Positions 35,183 to 44,533 of a DNA stretch of 64,000 nt are shown here, piece by piece. The notes under the pieces were generated by a model that made no database searches, had not been told where the DNA came from, and worked only from the letters and a program-made list of their open reading frames with translations. The stretch comes from an uncultured virus (IMG/VR IMGVR_UViG_3300008050_000034). Lineage: Duplodnaviria > Heunggongvirae > Uroviricota > Caudoviricetes. The stretch is taken from the IMG/VR virus record IMGVR_UViG_3300008050_000034; one strand, written 5' to 3'. Made by a program: the position numbers and the translations under genes. Each line of letters starts with the position of its first letter. Positions within the stretch are counted from its first letter, which is position 1.

Positions 35183-35695
35183 ATGTCCGAGAAAGGAGAT
35201 AAAGCATTAGAGGCTTACTCTAAGGCGCGCCCCTACGTGTATCGTGGGGCTAAGTTCGCAGTACCTGCTGCTCTCCTGTCAAAGATGTATTCTACTAAGA
35301 AGCTCGGCCCCGGAGTTATAACGGCGGGGGCCTTCGCTGCAGGCGTAGGGGACAAGGCCCTAGAGGAAGCGGGAAGGCTTAGTTCCATTAGGAAAGAAAA
35401 AAGGAGACTCCAAATGAAAGAAAAGAAGGCCAATTTTAGTATGGATGAGGATCCAGGACAGGGCGTCTTCCAGAGAAATCCAGAAGCTATGCTCAGTCAA
35501 GGCATGGAACTCTCTAATGTAGAGAACACCAATGCTGCTCTTTCTCGACTGTTTGACCGAAAAGATGAGATGGCTCGTCAGTCTAAGGACCAACTAGGGT
35601 CTCTGTTCTCTAGTAAAGATCACTACGGTCGACAGACTAGATTGGGAATGTCAGCAGACGAAGCGTCGAAGGTGATCAATAGAGCATTTAAATGA
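35183..35695 (+). CDS. Hypothetical protein
   Basis: Operon continuity. Confidence 0.7.
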   Translation: MSEKGDKALEAYSKARPYVYRGAKFAVPAALLSKMYSTKKLGPGVITAGAFAAGVGDKALEEAGRLSSIRKEKRRLQMKEKKANFSMDEDPGQGVFQRNPEAMLSQGMELSNVENTNAALSRLFDRKDEMARQSKDQLGSLFSSKDHYGRQTRLGMSADEASKVINRAFK

Positions 35696-36513
35696 GTAGT
35701 AAGATCCTCGACAGGTTGCAGAAAGAAGCAGCCAAAGACCCTTATCAGTTCCCCAAATCTTGGACAGCGAGCAAGTCCCCGAAGGATTCGGGGTCTAATA
35801 AGTCGTTGCAGGAGATGGATATGTGGAGGACTTGGAAGTCTTCCGGAGAAGATCCGGACGATCTTCAGCCCCTCTTGACTGCGCTGAATCCGATTATAAC
35901 AAGTCGGGTGAATCGCCAAAGAGCCCCTAGAATTCATAAGCCCGCTATCGAGGCACATGCTCGGACTCTTACTGTCCAGGCCCTGAGAAGATTTGATCCC
36001 AGCAGAAAAGCGACAGTCTCAACTCATGTGTACAACAACCTAAAAGGACTGAATCGCTACGTAAAGAAGCACCAGAACTTTACTAGGATTGTTGAGCAAA
36101 GAGCGTCTAAGATTGGAGACTACCAACGAGGGGCACAAACCTTAAGAGAAGACTTAGGAAGGGACCCAACCTCGCATGAACTGGCCGACTCCCTGAAGAT
36201 GTCGGTTAGGAATGTGGAGAGGCTTCAGAAGGAGCTAAGGCCTGACATCTTCGCCATGCCAGATCCAGCGACGGGAGCTATGTACTCCTTCGAGGAGGAG
36301 TTGCCCGTCCACAGAGAAATTCTCGAGATGCTTCCTTATGAGCTCACATTAGATGAGAAGAGAGTCTTCGATGTTTTGTTTGGGAGAAGCGGCCAAAGGG
36401 CCGAGAAAAGTACCAACCTAATCGCTCAAAGATTAGGTTGGTCTCCGTCAAAGGTCTCTCAGGTAAAGGGCAGCATTGGAGAGAAATACAAGAAGTATAT
36501 GGAGGCCTTCTAA
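35692..36513 (+). CDS. Sigma-70 family RNA polymerase sigma factor (group 3, FliA/SigF-like)
   Basis: Region 2 ALRRFDPSRKATVSTHV, region 3 LGRDPTSHELADSL, region 4 LTLDEKRVF...IAQRLGWSPSKVSQV. Confidence 0.85.
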   Translation: MSSKILDRLQKEAAKDPYQFPKSWTASKSPKDSGSNKSLQEMDMWRTWKSSGEDPDDLQPLLTALNPIITSRVNRQRAPRIHKPAIEAHARTLTVQALRRFDPSRKATVSTHVYNNLKGLNRYVKKHQNFTRIVEQRASKIGDYQRGAQTLREDLGRDPTSHELADSLKMSVRNVERLQKELRPDIFAMPDPATGAMYSFEEELPVHREILEMLPYELTLDEKRVFDVLFGRSGQRAEKSTNLIAQRLGWSPSKVSQVKGSIGEKYKKYMEAF

Positions 36514-36755
36514 TGTCGACGAGCGTAGAAGATATCTCAGAGATCCTGGGAGCGCTGAAGGAGGCCCTTGATGGTCCTCTCGAGGACGCCGAGAAAGCTG
36601 TCCTTGAGGAGAAGTCCTGGCTGGAGACTGTTTACAAAGGGCTGACAGGATCTGATAGTGTGTCGAATGCCCAGATAGAACTAACTTCTGCGTACACCTA
36701 TGGCTTTTTGTCAGAGAAGTTACCGGATTTGGCCCAAACCATTGAGATAGACTAA
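36513..36755 (+). CDS. Hypothetical protein
   Basis: TAATG coupling, GGAGG RBS. Confidence 0.65.
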   Translation: MSTSVEDISEILGALKEALDGPLEDAEKAVLEEKSWLETVYKGLTGSDSVSNAQIELTSAYTYGFLSEKLPDLAQTIEID

Positions 36756-36778
36756 GGTACCCACCGACAGAGAGACCC

Positions 36779-37000
36779 ATGAGCAACGACTACGAAACCC
36801 AAGACATGGCATTTGCCGCATACCTTGTTGAGAAGGGCTGCCAGATCTCCAAGGTAAAGAGAGTGGGTCGCAGAGTTGTGTGGTCTTTTTCTGTTCCTGA
36901 TGATAGGTTATCTACCTTAGAGGCCGACTGGCCTTCTAGCGCAGAATCTAGGTACTTTAATGTCTATCAGACCTTGAAGACGCAGATAAGAAAGATATAG
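36779..37000 (+). CDS. DUF5659-like small protein
   Basis: YETQDMAFAAYL...G...RRVVWSF pattern. Confidence 0.6.
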   Translation: MSNDYETQDMAFAAYLVEKGCQISKVKRVGRRVVWSFSVPDDRLSTLEADWPSSAESRYFNVYQTLKTQIRKI

Positions 37001-37003
37001 AAT
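36974..37003 (+). promoter_or_regulatory. Sigma70-like promoter TTGAAG-N18-TAGAAT
   Basis: Directly upstream of the structured leader. Confidence 0.4.
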
Positions 37004-37009
37004 AGACTA

Positions 37010-37167
37010 TCGGTTGAAGAGGCGAGCGGCAAAAGCTTCGTCCATTTACAGACCCCCTCCAATTCTACCTTCGGCAATGCTGAGGTAAGGTAGTGGGGCA
37101 GTCGTACATGGATATTGGGATAAGTCCCAAACGGAGCTCTAATGAATCGCCACCGCAATAAAACCGA
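37010..37167 (+). ncRNA. Structured leader / candidate ncRNA
   Basis: Eight mutually compatible, mostly nested helices (see findings). Confidence 0.55.
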
Positions 37168-37317
37168 GAGTGCCTACATGGCCTCCTATATCGGTACCCA
37201 GAGCGCGGTGTCCCTACCAGGTAAGGCCCAAGAGTGGCCTCCTTTACATCTTAGTGGGCTTCAACTTGCCCCAATCAATCGTTCTACTGGGCCTCTCACG
37301 GCTTAAGGAGTCATTCA

Positions 37318-40300
37318 ATGCCTTTACTGACCACTTCCGCTACTTTCGATGTTCTTGACTGGCAAACGTCCAATGGTGGGGCCGACGGTACCCTAACTCT
37401 TGGGTACATAATGTCCTCGCCCTTCAAGCTAGGTGAGGGTACCCAGCAGATTGTCGTATATGATGGCAGGATTCTGAAGTACGGCGATGCCGTAAGCTTC
37501 AGTACTGGTGGTGGCCCTCAGCTTGGTGTTGTCTCGGATCTCTTTCAAGGCGACGGTACGGCAACGTACCACGGCATCGTGTACTTCCAGTTTACCGGGA
37601 ACGCGGCCAGCGTAAATGCAGATTTCGCGGCCCTGGCCGCCGGTCCCAGCATCTCCGCTGACTTCGTGTGGACGGGCTACGACCTTAGCGGCCTCCAGGA
37701 GAATCTCCAGGTTATCGGCCAAGCTCAGATAGACAGTACGGAAGTCAAGTACACGTTTTCGGCCCCATCCGGAGCTATTCCGACAGACGATAGTGGGAAT
37801 GACCTTCAATGGAAGATTAGGGCTACCGACTCTAATTCTGAGTCCATGACGAGTCCGGCGATCTCGATTCCTGTCGATGAGGGTGCCAACATCTGGTCGG
37901 TTTTGCACACCTTCGACTTTTCTAACTTCTCTTCCCCTCCTGCTCCCGGCGAAGACGTCTACATGGAGCTGTTGATAGGTCACGCTGACCTGACCGGGGC
38001 CGCCAGCGTCGTCGAGAACGACGACTTTGTCGCCACGATGTCAATCCTGCCCGTCACGATGGCTTCCCCGAGTCTCAATGTAGACGTTGGCTTCGCTGGA
38101 GGACTCGTCCTAGACGACTACGCCGATGAGGCGCGGATGACGTGGCAGGTGTGGAACCCTGCGAACGCGTCCTGGGTTACTATTGTGGATTCTGATGCGG
38201 ACTCGGAAGGGTATTACGGAGGAACCTCCCCCAGGCTCTCCGCTGATGTCTCGTCGGTGCCCGTCGCTGTGTACAGTCCCTTCGGGTCTGTAGGAAACGG
38301 CATCCATCGGTTCATTGCCTGGGATGAGTGGGGAGATTCCTCGTTCCAGACGATGGGAGACTTTGGAAATGAGGCCCAGTTCACCGTATCTCTAGATAAC
38401 GGTGCGCAGGATAGTGCGTACATCGACCAGAGGTTGGAGCACTACCTAGACGGAAGGCTTAAGTACGACACAGGTGACGGAGATGAGTGGCTCCTCAGTT
38501 ACTTCAGTGACGTCTACTCGACCGCAACAGACCTCCATACGGTATTTGCATTCCGGATCGACGATGACTACGCGGACGCGGTGTACGTTCAGGACAATAG
38601 TTCAGTTCATGCGGACGGCCTAGCTTCTCAGTCCGGAAGTCCCGACCAGATCAAGATTGACTTCGCACAGGGCGCGGGCGCTACATCCCTCGAGGTTATT
38701 GCTGACATCCAGAATGTCTATGCCGGAGGCGGCTATGTATTCTTGGTCGCGCAGGGAGGGAACCCAAACGACCGAGCAAACGAACTGACTGAACTTAACC
38801 CCGCCAGCCTGCAAGATGGCGGCGGCGGCGTAAATGAGATCTACGTAGAAGTCGATAGCGCCTGGCACGCAGGGTGGACCGTTCCCGCACATGTAGAGAT
38901 CTACGCGGTATACTCCAACGGCCAGACCGTTCAGATCGGCCAGGTTAATGAGGCTGGAGAGTTCTCTCCTCTAGGTAACGGCCAGTTCCCTGCAGGGTTC
39001 GACGCGGAGTCCGATCTTGCGGCAGGTTCTGTACATGCCGGTGACGGCTCTTTCATTACGGACAACTACCTCGCTTACGCGCAGGCTGTAGTTATCGATT
39101 GGGTGTCTGCGACAGACACCACCATTTCGGTACGTCTCCTGGCCCTGACGGATCCCACTAACCGTCTCACGTCGTTCAGGCTGCATGACCAATCCAACAG
39201 CGCCGACCTTGGGATTTGGTCTCTGTCCACTGATGGTTCTGGAGACTTCGACTGGGTAGACAATGGCGACGGTTTCTGGCAGGTGAACATCATCGCAGAT
39301 CCTGCCTCGGGGATTGGAGACGATATCATCCTCTTTGGTTTCGTCCAGGATGATCAGTTAGGCGAAGAGTGGCAGGCTGCCGGAGGCAGGAACTTCGGAG
39401 TTCTCTCTGGAGGAGCCGGAGCCGGAGGCGGAGCCGCCGGCCTATGGGATGGTGTCTACAACTCTCCAGTAGTGTTCGAGAGAGTTGTTCCTACCGGAGC
39501 CGACGCTTACTTCCCCTTCCAGGCATCCACAAATGGCATTACTGACTGGGCCGCGACCCTCTACCAGGTAGATGATTCTGGCCAAGACCAGGCAGTAAGC
39601 ACGTTCTCTGGTGGGGTCTCCCAGACGGGGTCCATGATTATTGAGGAGCAGAGTGGTGGCATCTACGCGATGCAGGTCCCTGATGGGGATATGTCCGATG
39701 GAAGTATGTACTACGGTGTCGTCAGTTCGGTGGCTACCGGAGAGCAGATTCGTATTCCTCTCTGGGTCAAGGGCCCAAGTGGACACATCGCAGATGTCTT
39801 AGCCAACCAAGTCCATCTTAAGGACTTCATGACCTCGAATTTTGGCGGCATTCTGAACCAGATCCAAGGCGGTCAGCTTCTCGAGGATATCTTCGTAGGT
39901 AGTGACCTCCTGGACGGCATTGACAACCTTGGAGAGGCCCTTTTGGCCATCTCCCAGGACTCGCACAACTCGACAGTTTCCCTTGGAGATCTTCAGAACG
40001 AGATCGGCCAGATCAACGGTAGTGGCTCTCTCCTAGAGACCCATCTGGAGAATAACTACCCTGATGAGACCCATGCTAGCGCACTCGCTGCTCTGTATGA
40101 CGGTCAGGTTGCTCTAGAGGCGTCTATCGATGAGATCGTCAACGACAACGGCGACGGAATCCTCGATACAGTGCAGTCTCAGCTCGGAGAGATTTCAAGC
40201 TCTTCAGATCAGTCAGGGAGTCCATCTTCCCTGTCCAATGGCATGCAGGCGGACGGTAGTGACGAGAACGTAGCTAACGCCCTCGCTTACATCTTCCATG

Positions 40301-42180
40301 CTGTCGGAGAGAACAGCGATCATCTCGCTTCGCTCTCTAATGACAACAGTGACGGTCTTGTAGACGGAATCATTACGGAGCTGGGGAGTATCGAAGGCTC
40401 CCGAGACGACGTGAATGGCAACTCTACCTTGGATGCAGACATCAACGGAAACGGGGATGATCGAAATGTTGCCAATGCACTGGCCTATATCTACCAGAGA
40501 GGACAGGAAAGAGCAGGGGTCCTCAACAGCATCACCGATGGCGGCGGTACCGGCCTCTTGGATGTCCTTACCACTCAGGTAGGAGACGTAGATGGGTCCC
40601 AGGATAAGCAGGGAGCCTCTATTCTCGCCTCAGACCTGAACGGTGACGGGAACGATAAGAATGTCGCCAATGCTTTGGCCTACATCTATGAGGGCACGCA
40701 AGTCGCCATCTCCGATGTTGGAAGTCTCCAGTCTGACGTGACCGAGCTTATTAGCCGGGTAGCGGATGTCGAGGGCAGTCAGTACGACGGGACCACAAGT
40801 GCCCTAGACTCCGATATGAACGGTATGGGAGAAGACAGGAACGTGGCCAACGCCCTGGCCCACATCTACCAGAAGGTGATCGACCAGGAAGCCACGGATG
40901 TTTGGGGCTTTAACATTGACCAGGATGGAGGCACTCAGGAAGCTGGGGCTGCCCTTGACCATATCTACGACGAAATCGGAGAGATCGGGGCACTACCGGG
41001 CGGCGCGAGCCTCTCCAATGATGGACACACCACTCAGGCCGCAGCTCTCGAGGCGATCTACAATCGACTCGGAGGAGATCTGGACCTGAACGTCTGGGAT
41101 ACTCTCCTAGATGATGGTGCGGCCGGAGAAGCATGGAATGGTATGGAGGCCCAGCAGGTACTGGGAGCCATCCACAAGGTGACAGCCGCCCTGCCTGACG
41201 CAGGTGCTCTATCCTCTCTGGCGACAGCCGCCTCTTTGACAGCCCTCCAGGGTGACGCCACGGCTATCAAGGCCAAGACGGACAACCTACCGGCAGACAC
41301 TGCACAGGAGCTTACTGATATTGATAGCGCTCTTACCTCTCTCGATAACGAGGTGTCGGGTGTTTCGACAGACATCGGAAATCTCGATACTAAGATCGGT
41401 ACTCCGGCATCAGCGGCGGGGACGGTTTCGGGAGACATCGCGGACATAGCGACCGCAGTAGGTAACTTGGGTACCTCGAGTTACAGCGCAGGGGAGGACT
41501 GGGATCAGCAGACCGGTTCCCATAACATTGCAGGGTCCTTCGGAGAGCAGCAGAGTCAGATCCACGCAGAGGCTACAACTGCAGCTACGCAGGCGTCCGC
41601 CTCAGCAATCTCTGCAGCGTCTGTCGATGCCAATGTAGGCGCAGATGGTGGCGGAGCCGCTACGGTCTTCGGCAAGATTGCCGCTGTTCAGGCAGTTGTC
41701 GACACCCTGATGGTTCAGACCAACGCCCGCTTGCTTGTCGCGGTCCCCTCGGAGTTCTACTCCGGGGCGGTTCCAGTGTACTTGTCGGTAAGTGTTACGG
41801 TTGTGGACGGAGTAGACGGTGCTCTTGAGGACCCGGACGACAGCGAGGTGGGCATGAGAGTCTACTTCGCCGATGCGAATGGAAGTGATTACCACGCTCA
41901 GAGTGAACTGTGGGCTGACTCCGGTCAGAGCGCAAATCTGCAGAACACGTCGTTCCGTAATGCAGGGAACGCAAACTGGTACGCCATGAATGTTCAGGGC
42001 ACCGGAAAGTTCGCAGCCTGGATTGAAATCGAGGCCTATGCCCAAGGGAGTATGCTCCTCGAGTTCGAAATGCAGGACAGTGATCCGTCGAACACAGCTC
42101 AGCTGTTCTCCTCGGTTAAGAGCGTCCTGGTCCGATCCCCGGTCCTTCAGACCGCAGTCGGGATGGGTGGAGCGTTCTAA
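37318..42180 (+). CDS. Large acidic virion protein with internal repeats (fiber/appendage-like)
   Basis: 1620 aa; AAGGAG RBS; NVANALA(Y/H)I repeats; coiled-coil-like C-terminal half. Confidence 0.65.
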   Translation: MPLLTTSATFDVLDWQTSNGGADGTLTLGYIMSSPFKLGEGTQQIVVYDGRILKYGDAVSFSTGGGPQLGVVSDLFQGDGTATYHGIVYFQFTGNAASVNADFAALAAGPSISADFVWTGYDLSGLQENLQVIGQAQIDSTEVKYTFSAPSGAIPTDDSGNDLQWKIRATDSNSESMTSPAISIPVDEGANIWSVLHTFDFSNFSSPPAPGEDVYMELLIGHADLTGAASVVENDDFVATMSILPVTMASPSLNVDVGFAGGLVLDDYADEARMTWQVWNPANASWVTIVDSDADSEGYYGGTSPRLSADVSSVPVAVYSPFGSVGNGIHRFIAWDEWGDSSFQTMGDFGNEAQFTVSLDNGAQDSAYIDQRLEHYLDGRLKYDTGDGDEWLLSYFSDVYSTATDLHTVFAFRIDDDYADAVYVQDNSSVHADGLASQSGSPDQIKIDFAQGAGATSLEVIADIQNVYAGGGYVFLVAQGGNPNDRANELTELNPASLQDGGGGVNEIYVEVDSAWHAGWTVPAHVEIYAVYSNGQTVQIGQVNEAGEFSPLGNGQFPAGFDAESDLAAGSVHAGDGSFITDNYLAYAQAVVIDWVSATDTTISVRLLALTDPTNRLTSFRLHDQSNSADLGIWSLSTDGSGDFDWVDNGDGFWQVNIIADPASGIGDDIILFGFVQDDQLGEEWQAAGGRNFGVLSGGAGAGGGAAGLWDGVYNSPVVFERVVPTGADAYFPFQASTNGITDWAATLYQVDDSGQDQAVSTFSGGVSQTGSMIIEEQSGGIYAMQVPDGDMSDGSMYYGVVSSVATGEQIRIPLWVKGPSGHIADVLANQVHLKDFMTSNFGGILNQIQGGQLLEDIFVGSDLLDGIDNLGEALLAISQDSHNSTVSLGDLQNEIGQINGSGSLLETHLENNYPDETHASALAALYDGQVALEASIDEIVNDNGDGILDTVQSQLGEISSSSDQSGSPSSLSNGMQADGSDENVANALAYIFHAVGENSDHLASLSNDNSDGLVDGIITELGSIEGSRDDVNGNSTLDADINGNGDDRNVANALAYIYQRGQERAGVLNSITDGGGTGLLDVLTTQVGDVDGSQDKQGASILASDLNGDGNDKNVANALAYIYEGTQVAISDVGSLQSDVTELISRVADVEGSQYDGTTSALDSDMNGMGEDRNVANALAHIYQKVIDQEATDVWGFNIDQDGGTQEAGAALDHIYDEIGEIGALPGGASLSNDGHTTQAAALEAIYNRLGGDLDLNVWDTLLDDGAAGEAWNGMEAQQVLGAIHKVTAALPDAGALSSLATAASLTALQGDATAIKAKTDNLPADTAQELTDIDSALTSLDNEVSGVSTDIGNLDTKIGTPASAAGTVSGDIADIATAVGNLGTSSYSAGEDWDQQTGSHNIAGSFGEQQSQIHAEATTAATQASASAISAASVDANVGADGGGAATVFGKIAAVQAVVDTLMVQTNARLLVAVPSEFYSGAVPVYLSVSVTVVDGVDGALEDPDDSEVGMRVYFADANGSDYHAQSELWADSGQSANLQNTSFRNAGNANWYAMNVQGTGKFAAWIEIEAYAQGSMLLEFEMQDSDPSNTAQLFSSVKSVLVRSPVLQTAVGMGGAF

Positions 42181-42201
42181 GAAGACTATTTAGTCGAGAT
42201 A

Positions 42202-42243
42202 AAGAGGCCCCTCCTACCGAAAGATAGGAGGGGCTTTCTTTTG
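42202..42243 (+). terminator. Rho-independent terminator
   Basis: GGCCCCTCCTA...TAGGAGGGGCT followed by TTCTTTT. Confidence 0.8.
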
Positions 42244-42269
42244 CAAGAGTACCTCCGTAGTGATACATT
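42241..42269 (+). promoter_or_regulatory. Sigma70-like promoter TTGCAA-N17-TACATT (TGn extended)
   Basis: Upstream of the 42320 operon. Confidence 0.4.
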
Positions 42270-42319
42270 CCGTGCAGAGAAACACCTCTACTTCTGCACT
42301 TTTTACTTAGGAGCCCAGA

Positions 42320-42718
42320 ATGGCAGCAAGACACTGGAAATTCGTAGGCGGAGACAAGTCTCCAAGAACCAGCTTAAACGCCGCAACTGCGGCAGTTCAA
42401 AAGGATAACGCAGGAGAGACCGCCATCTTTAACTGCAAGACCGGAGAGCTGTACGATCTTCTAGGAGACAAATACCCTCCCCTGGTTCGTCATCAGTACG
42501 ACAAGGTGATCCAGGTACTGAGCCTAATCGTGGTACATCACCAGCTAGGCGTACCGATCGACCCAAAGAACTTGCTCCCCATCATCACTCAGGTAGGTGG
42601 GCCTGTTCTGGAAGATGTTAAGGGCCAGGCAGGAGATCTTGCAATACAATTAAAGAGACTAACTGAGGCGGCAGAAGATGGCAGTAGCGGACCTATCGAG
42701 AGCAACAACCAAGTATGA
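42320..42718 (+). CDS. Hypothetical protein
   Basis: GGAG RBS. Confidence 0.7.
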   Translation: MAARHWKFVGGDKSPRTSLNAATAAVQKDNAGETAIFNCKTGELYDLLGDKYPPLVRHQYDKVIQVLSLIVVHHQLGVPIDPKNLLPIITQVGGPVLEDVKGQAGDLAIQLKRLTEAAEDGSSGPIESNNQV

Positions 42719-43208
42719 GGCAGCATTATCCTGGAGTAGATTTCTAGTAAATGACCTCATAGAGAAGCGCGAGAATCGTCTTCAGGCGCTCGCCCCGCTC
42801 CTATACGTCTTCGAACTTGCAGAAGACGGTAATGTAACCCTGCCCTCAATAGGCCACCAACTCTCGCATCCTCCTGGGGCTGAGCAGGCCAAAGTAATTC
42901 TTAGTGCCTACAAAGACCCGTTTGCCTACTTAGTGGTCTTACCGGGCATGCCTGTACCGGAGAGAGTGTGGACAGGCCCTACCTATTCTGTGAAAAAGAG
43001 AAATGAGATCCCCATCTGTATCCCAGGGGCTATGATCGATCTCGGCAAGTTCGATTTTTACCTTATGGGGGCGTTTATCAGTAGAGAGGACAAGAGGACA
43101 TTCTGCTCTTCGTTCGGAAATGAGAAATTCGGCCCCGTTCGAGAGAGCAGGGAGGTCACTGGAGGAGCTCTTTCTAATCTCTGTAGGATTGGGGGAGTAG
43201 AAAACTAA
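42678..43208 (+). CDS. Hypothetical protein
   Basis: Operon continuity. Confidence 0.7.
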   Translation: MAVADLSRATTKYEAALSWSRFLVNDLIEKRENRLQALAPLLYVFELAEDGNVTLPSIGHQLSHPPGAEQAKVILSAYKDPFAYLVVLPGMPVPERVWTGPTYSVKKRNEIPICIPGAMIDLGKFDFYLMGAFISREDKRTFCSSFGNEKFGPVRESREVTGGALSNLCRIGGVEN

Positions 43209-43474
43209 TGAATCCAATTCCCATAGGAGAAGAGTACCCGCTGTTCGTATATGACCCTCCTTCCGGAAACGTGGTGAGCGTAAGAGTATCTCACGTTGAT
43301 GATCCAGAGGACGCAGAGGCATTGGTCTTGGATGCGGAACCTTCAGTTCCGGGGCATCCAGTAGTATACTCAAGTGGCTTTACTCCCTCTAAACTGGGCT
43401 GGCATATTGCCACCTTTTCTGTAGATGACCGTTTGCCGGCGGGAGTGCACAGGTTCTATGTAAGTGAGGACTAA
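43208..43474 (+). CDS. Small beta-rich (Ig-like?) protein
   Basis: TAATG coupling; FTP..GW motif. Confidence 0.6.
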   Translation: MNPIPIGEEYPLFVYDPPSGNVVSVRVSHVDDPEDAEALVLDAEPSVPGHPVVYSSGFTPSKLGWHIATFSVDDRLPAGVHRFYVSED

Positions 43475-43872
43475 TGGGTATGGAGTATAGAGACCGAGTA
43501 CAGGTTGGGAAGCCTATCCTCCTCACGTTCCAAGTGACTGCAGGATACACCGTAACTGCCAGGATCCAGAGGTCAGATGATGACTCTGGGGCATACATTA
43601 CTCTGCCATTACCTGAGACCCATACCTCGACTGGCCACCCCTCTGTGTATACTGCGAACTACTACCCTCCCGTGCAGGGTTGGTACTTCGTCACATATAA
43701 GGCCATTGGGAGCTCTGGGGACCCTTCCGATGTGTCCATAGATGCTACTAGATTCTTTGCCCACGAACGAGTTATGAGTGAGGAGTCTGCGACAGGTAAG
43801 GCGTCTGCCAGTGGCATATTTAATGGTGAGGCAGGGCAGTACACCTTTACGTCGTCCACTGGAGGCTCCTAA
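43474..43872 (+). CDS. Beta-rich (Ig-like?) structural protein
   Basis: YTANYYP..QGWYFVTY. Confidence 0.6.
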   Translation: MGMEYRDRVQVGKPILLTFQVTAGYTVTARIQRSDDDSGAYITLPLPETHTSTGHPSVYTANYYPPVQGWYFVTYKAIGSSGDPSDVSIDATRFFAHERVMSEESATGKASASGIFNGEAGQYTFTSSTGGS

Positions 43873-44531
43873 TGGCATTTAAGACGGTCGGCGAAGAGAC
43901 CACAACTTCGCTAACGATTCAATTTACTACCGAAGCTGGGGCTGAGTATCTGATCAACGCGGATGCGACCCCAACTCTGACGATCACCTTAGAAGGCGAC
44001 CCCTTCTCTACAGTAACCGACGCAACGAATGACTCGACAGGAGAGTACTCGGCAGCGTGGACTCCTACTTCTGGTGGGGAGTACCTACTGACCTGGTCCT
44101 TCGTCGTAGAAGGCACATCATACGAGACCACAGAGACCATCTTTGCGCTGACTGACGCGTCAACGAGTGCCACGGAGACCTCCGCAGATCCAAGTACCGT
44201 ATGCGCATTGACCGCTACTTTCGTTGATGCCGGAGGCCTGGCTCTTGAGGGAGTCTATGTCCGTTTCTCTGTAGGAACGACGGCTTCGGCCCTGTCTAGC
44301 ATTGGATTCGTGGCAGGGGACGCTACCGCAGTGTCCGACGAGTCTGGAGAGGTTTCATTGTCTGTGGTCAGAGGGGCCACCGGGCTCCTAACGGTCAGTG
44401 ACGTTGGAATAGTTCGGCGAGTGACAATCCCCGACGCCACAACGAAGGACCTCTTCGATATGCTCGCAGAGGGAGAGGATCTCCTGGAAGTCCAGGAACT
44501 AGAACTCGTAGACATCCCTCGGAGGTCATAG
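43872..44531 (+). CDS. Ig-like virion structural protein
   Basis: TGEYSAAWTP..GEYLLTW. Confidence 0.6.
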   Translation: MAFKTVGEETTTSLTIQFTTEAGAEYLINADATPTLTITLEGDPFSTVTDATNDSTGEYSAAWTPTSGGEYLLTWSFVVEGTSYETTETIFALTDASTSATETSADPSTVCALTATFVDAGGLALEGVYVRFSVGTTASALSSIGFVAGDATAVSDESGEVSLSVVRGATGLLTVSDVGIVRRVTIPDATTKDLFDMLAEGEDLLEVQELELVDIPRRS

Positions 44532-44533
44532 TC

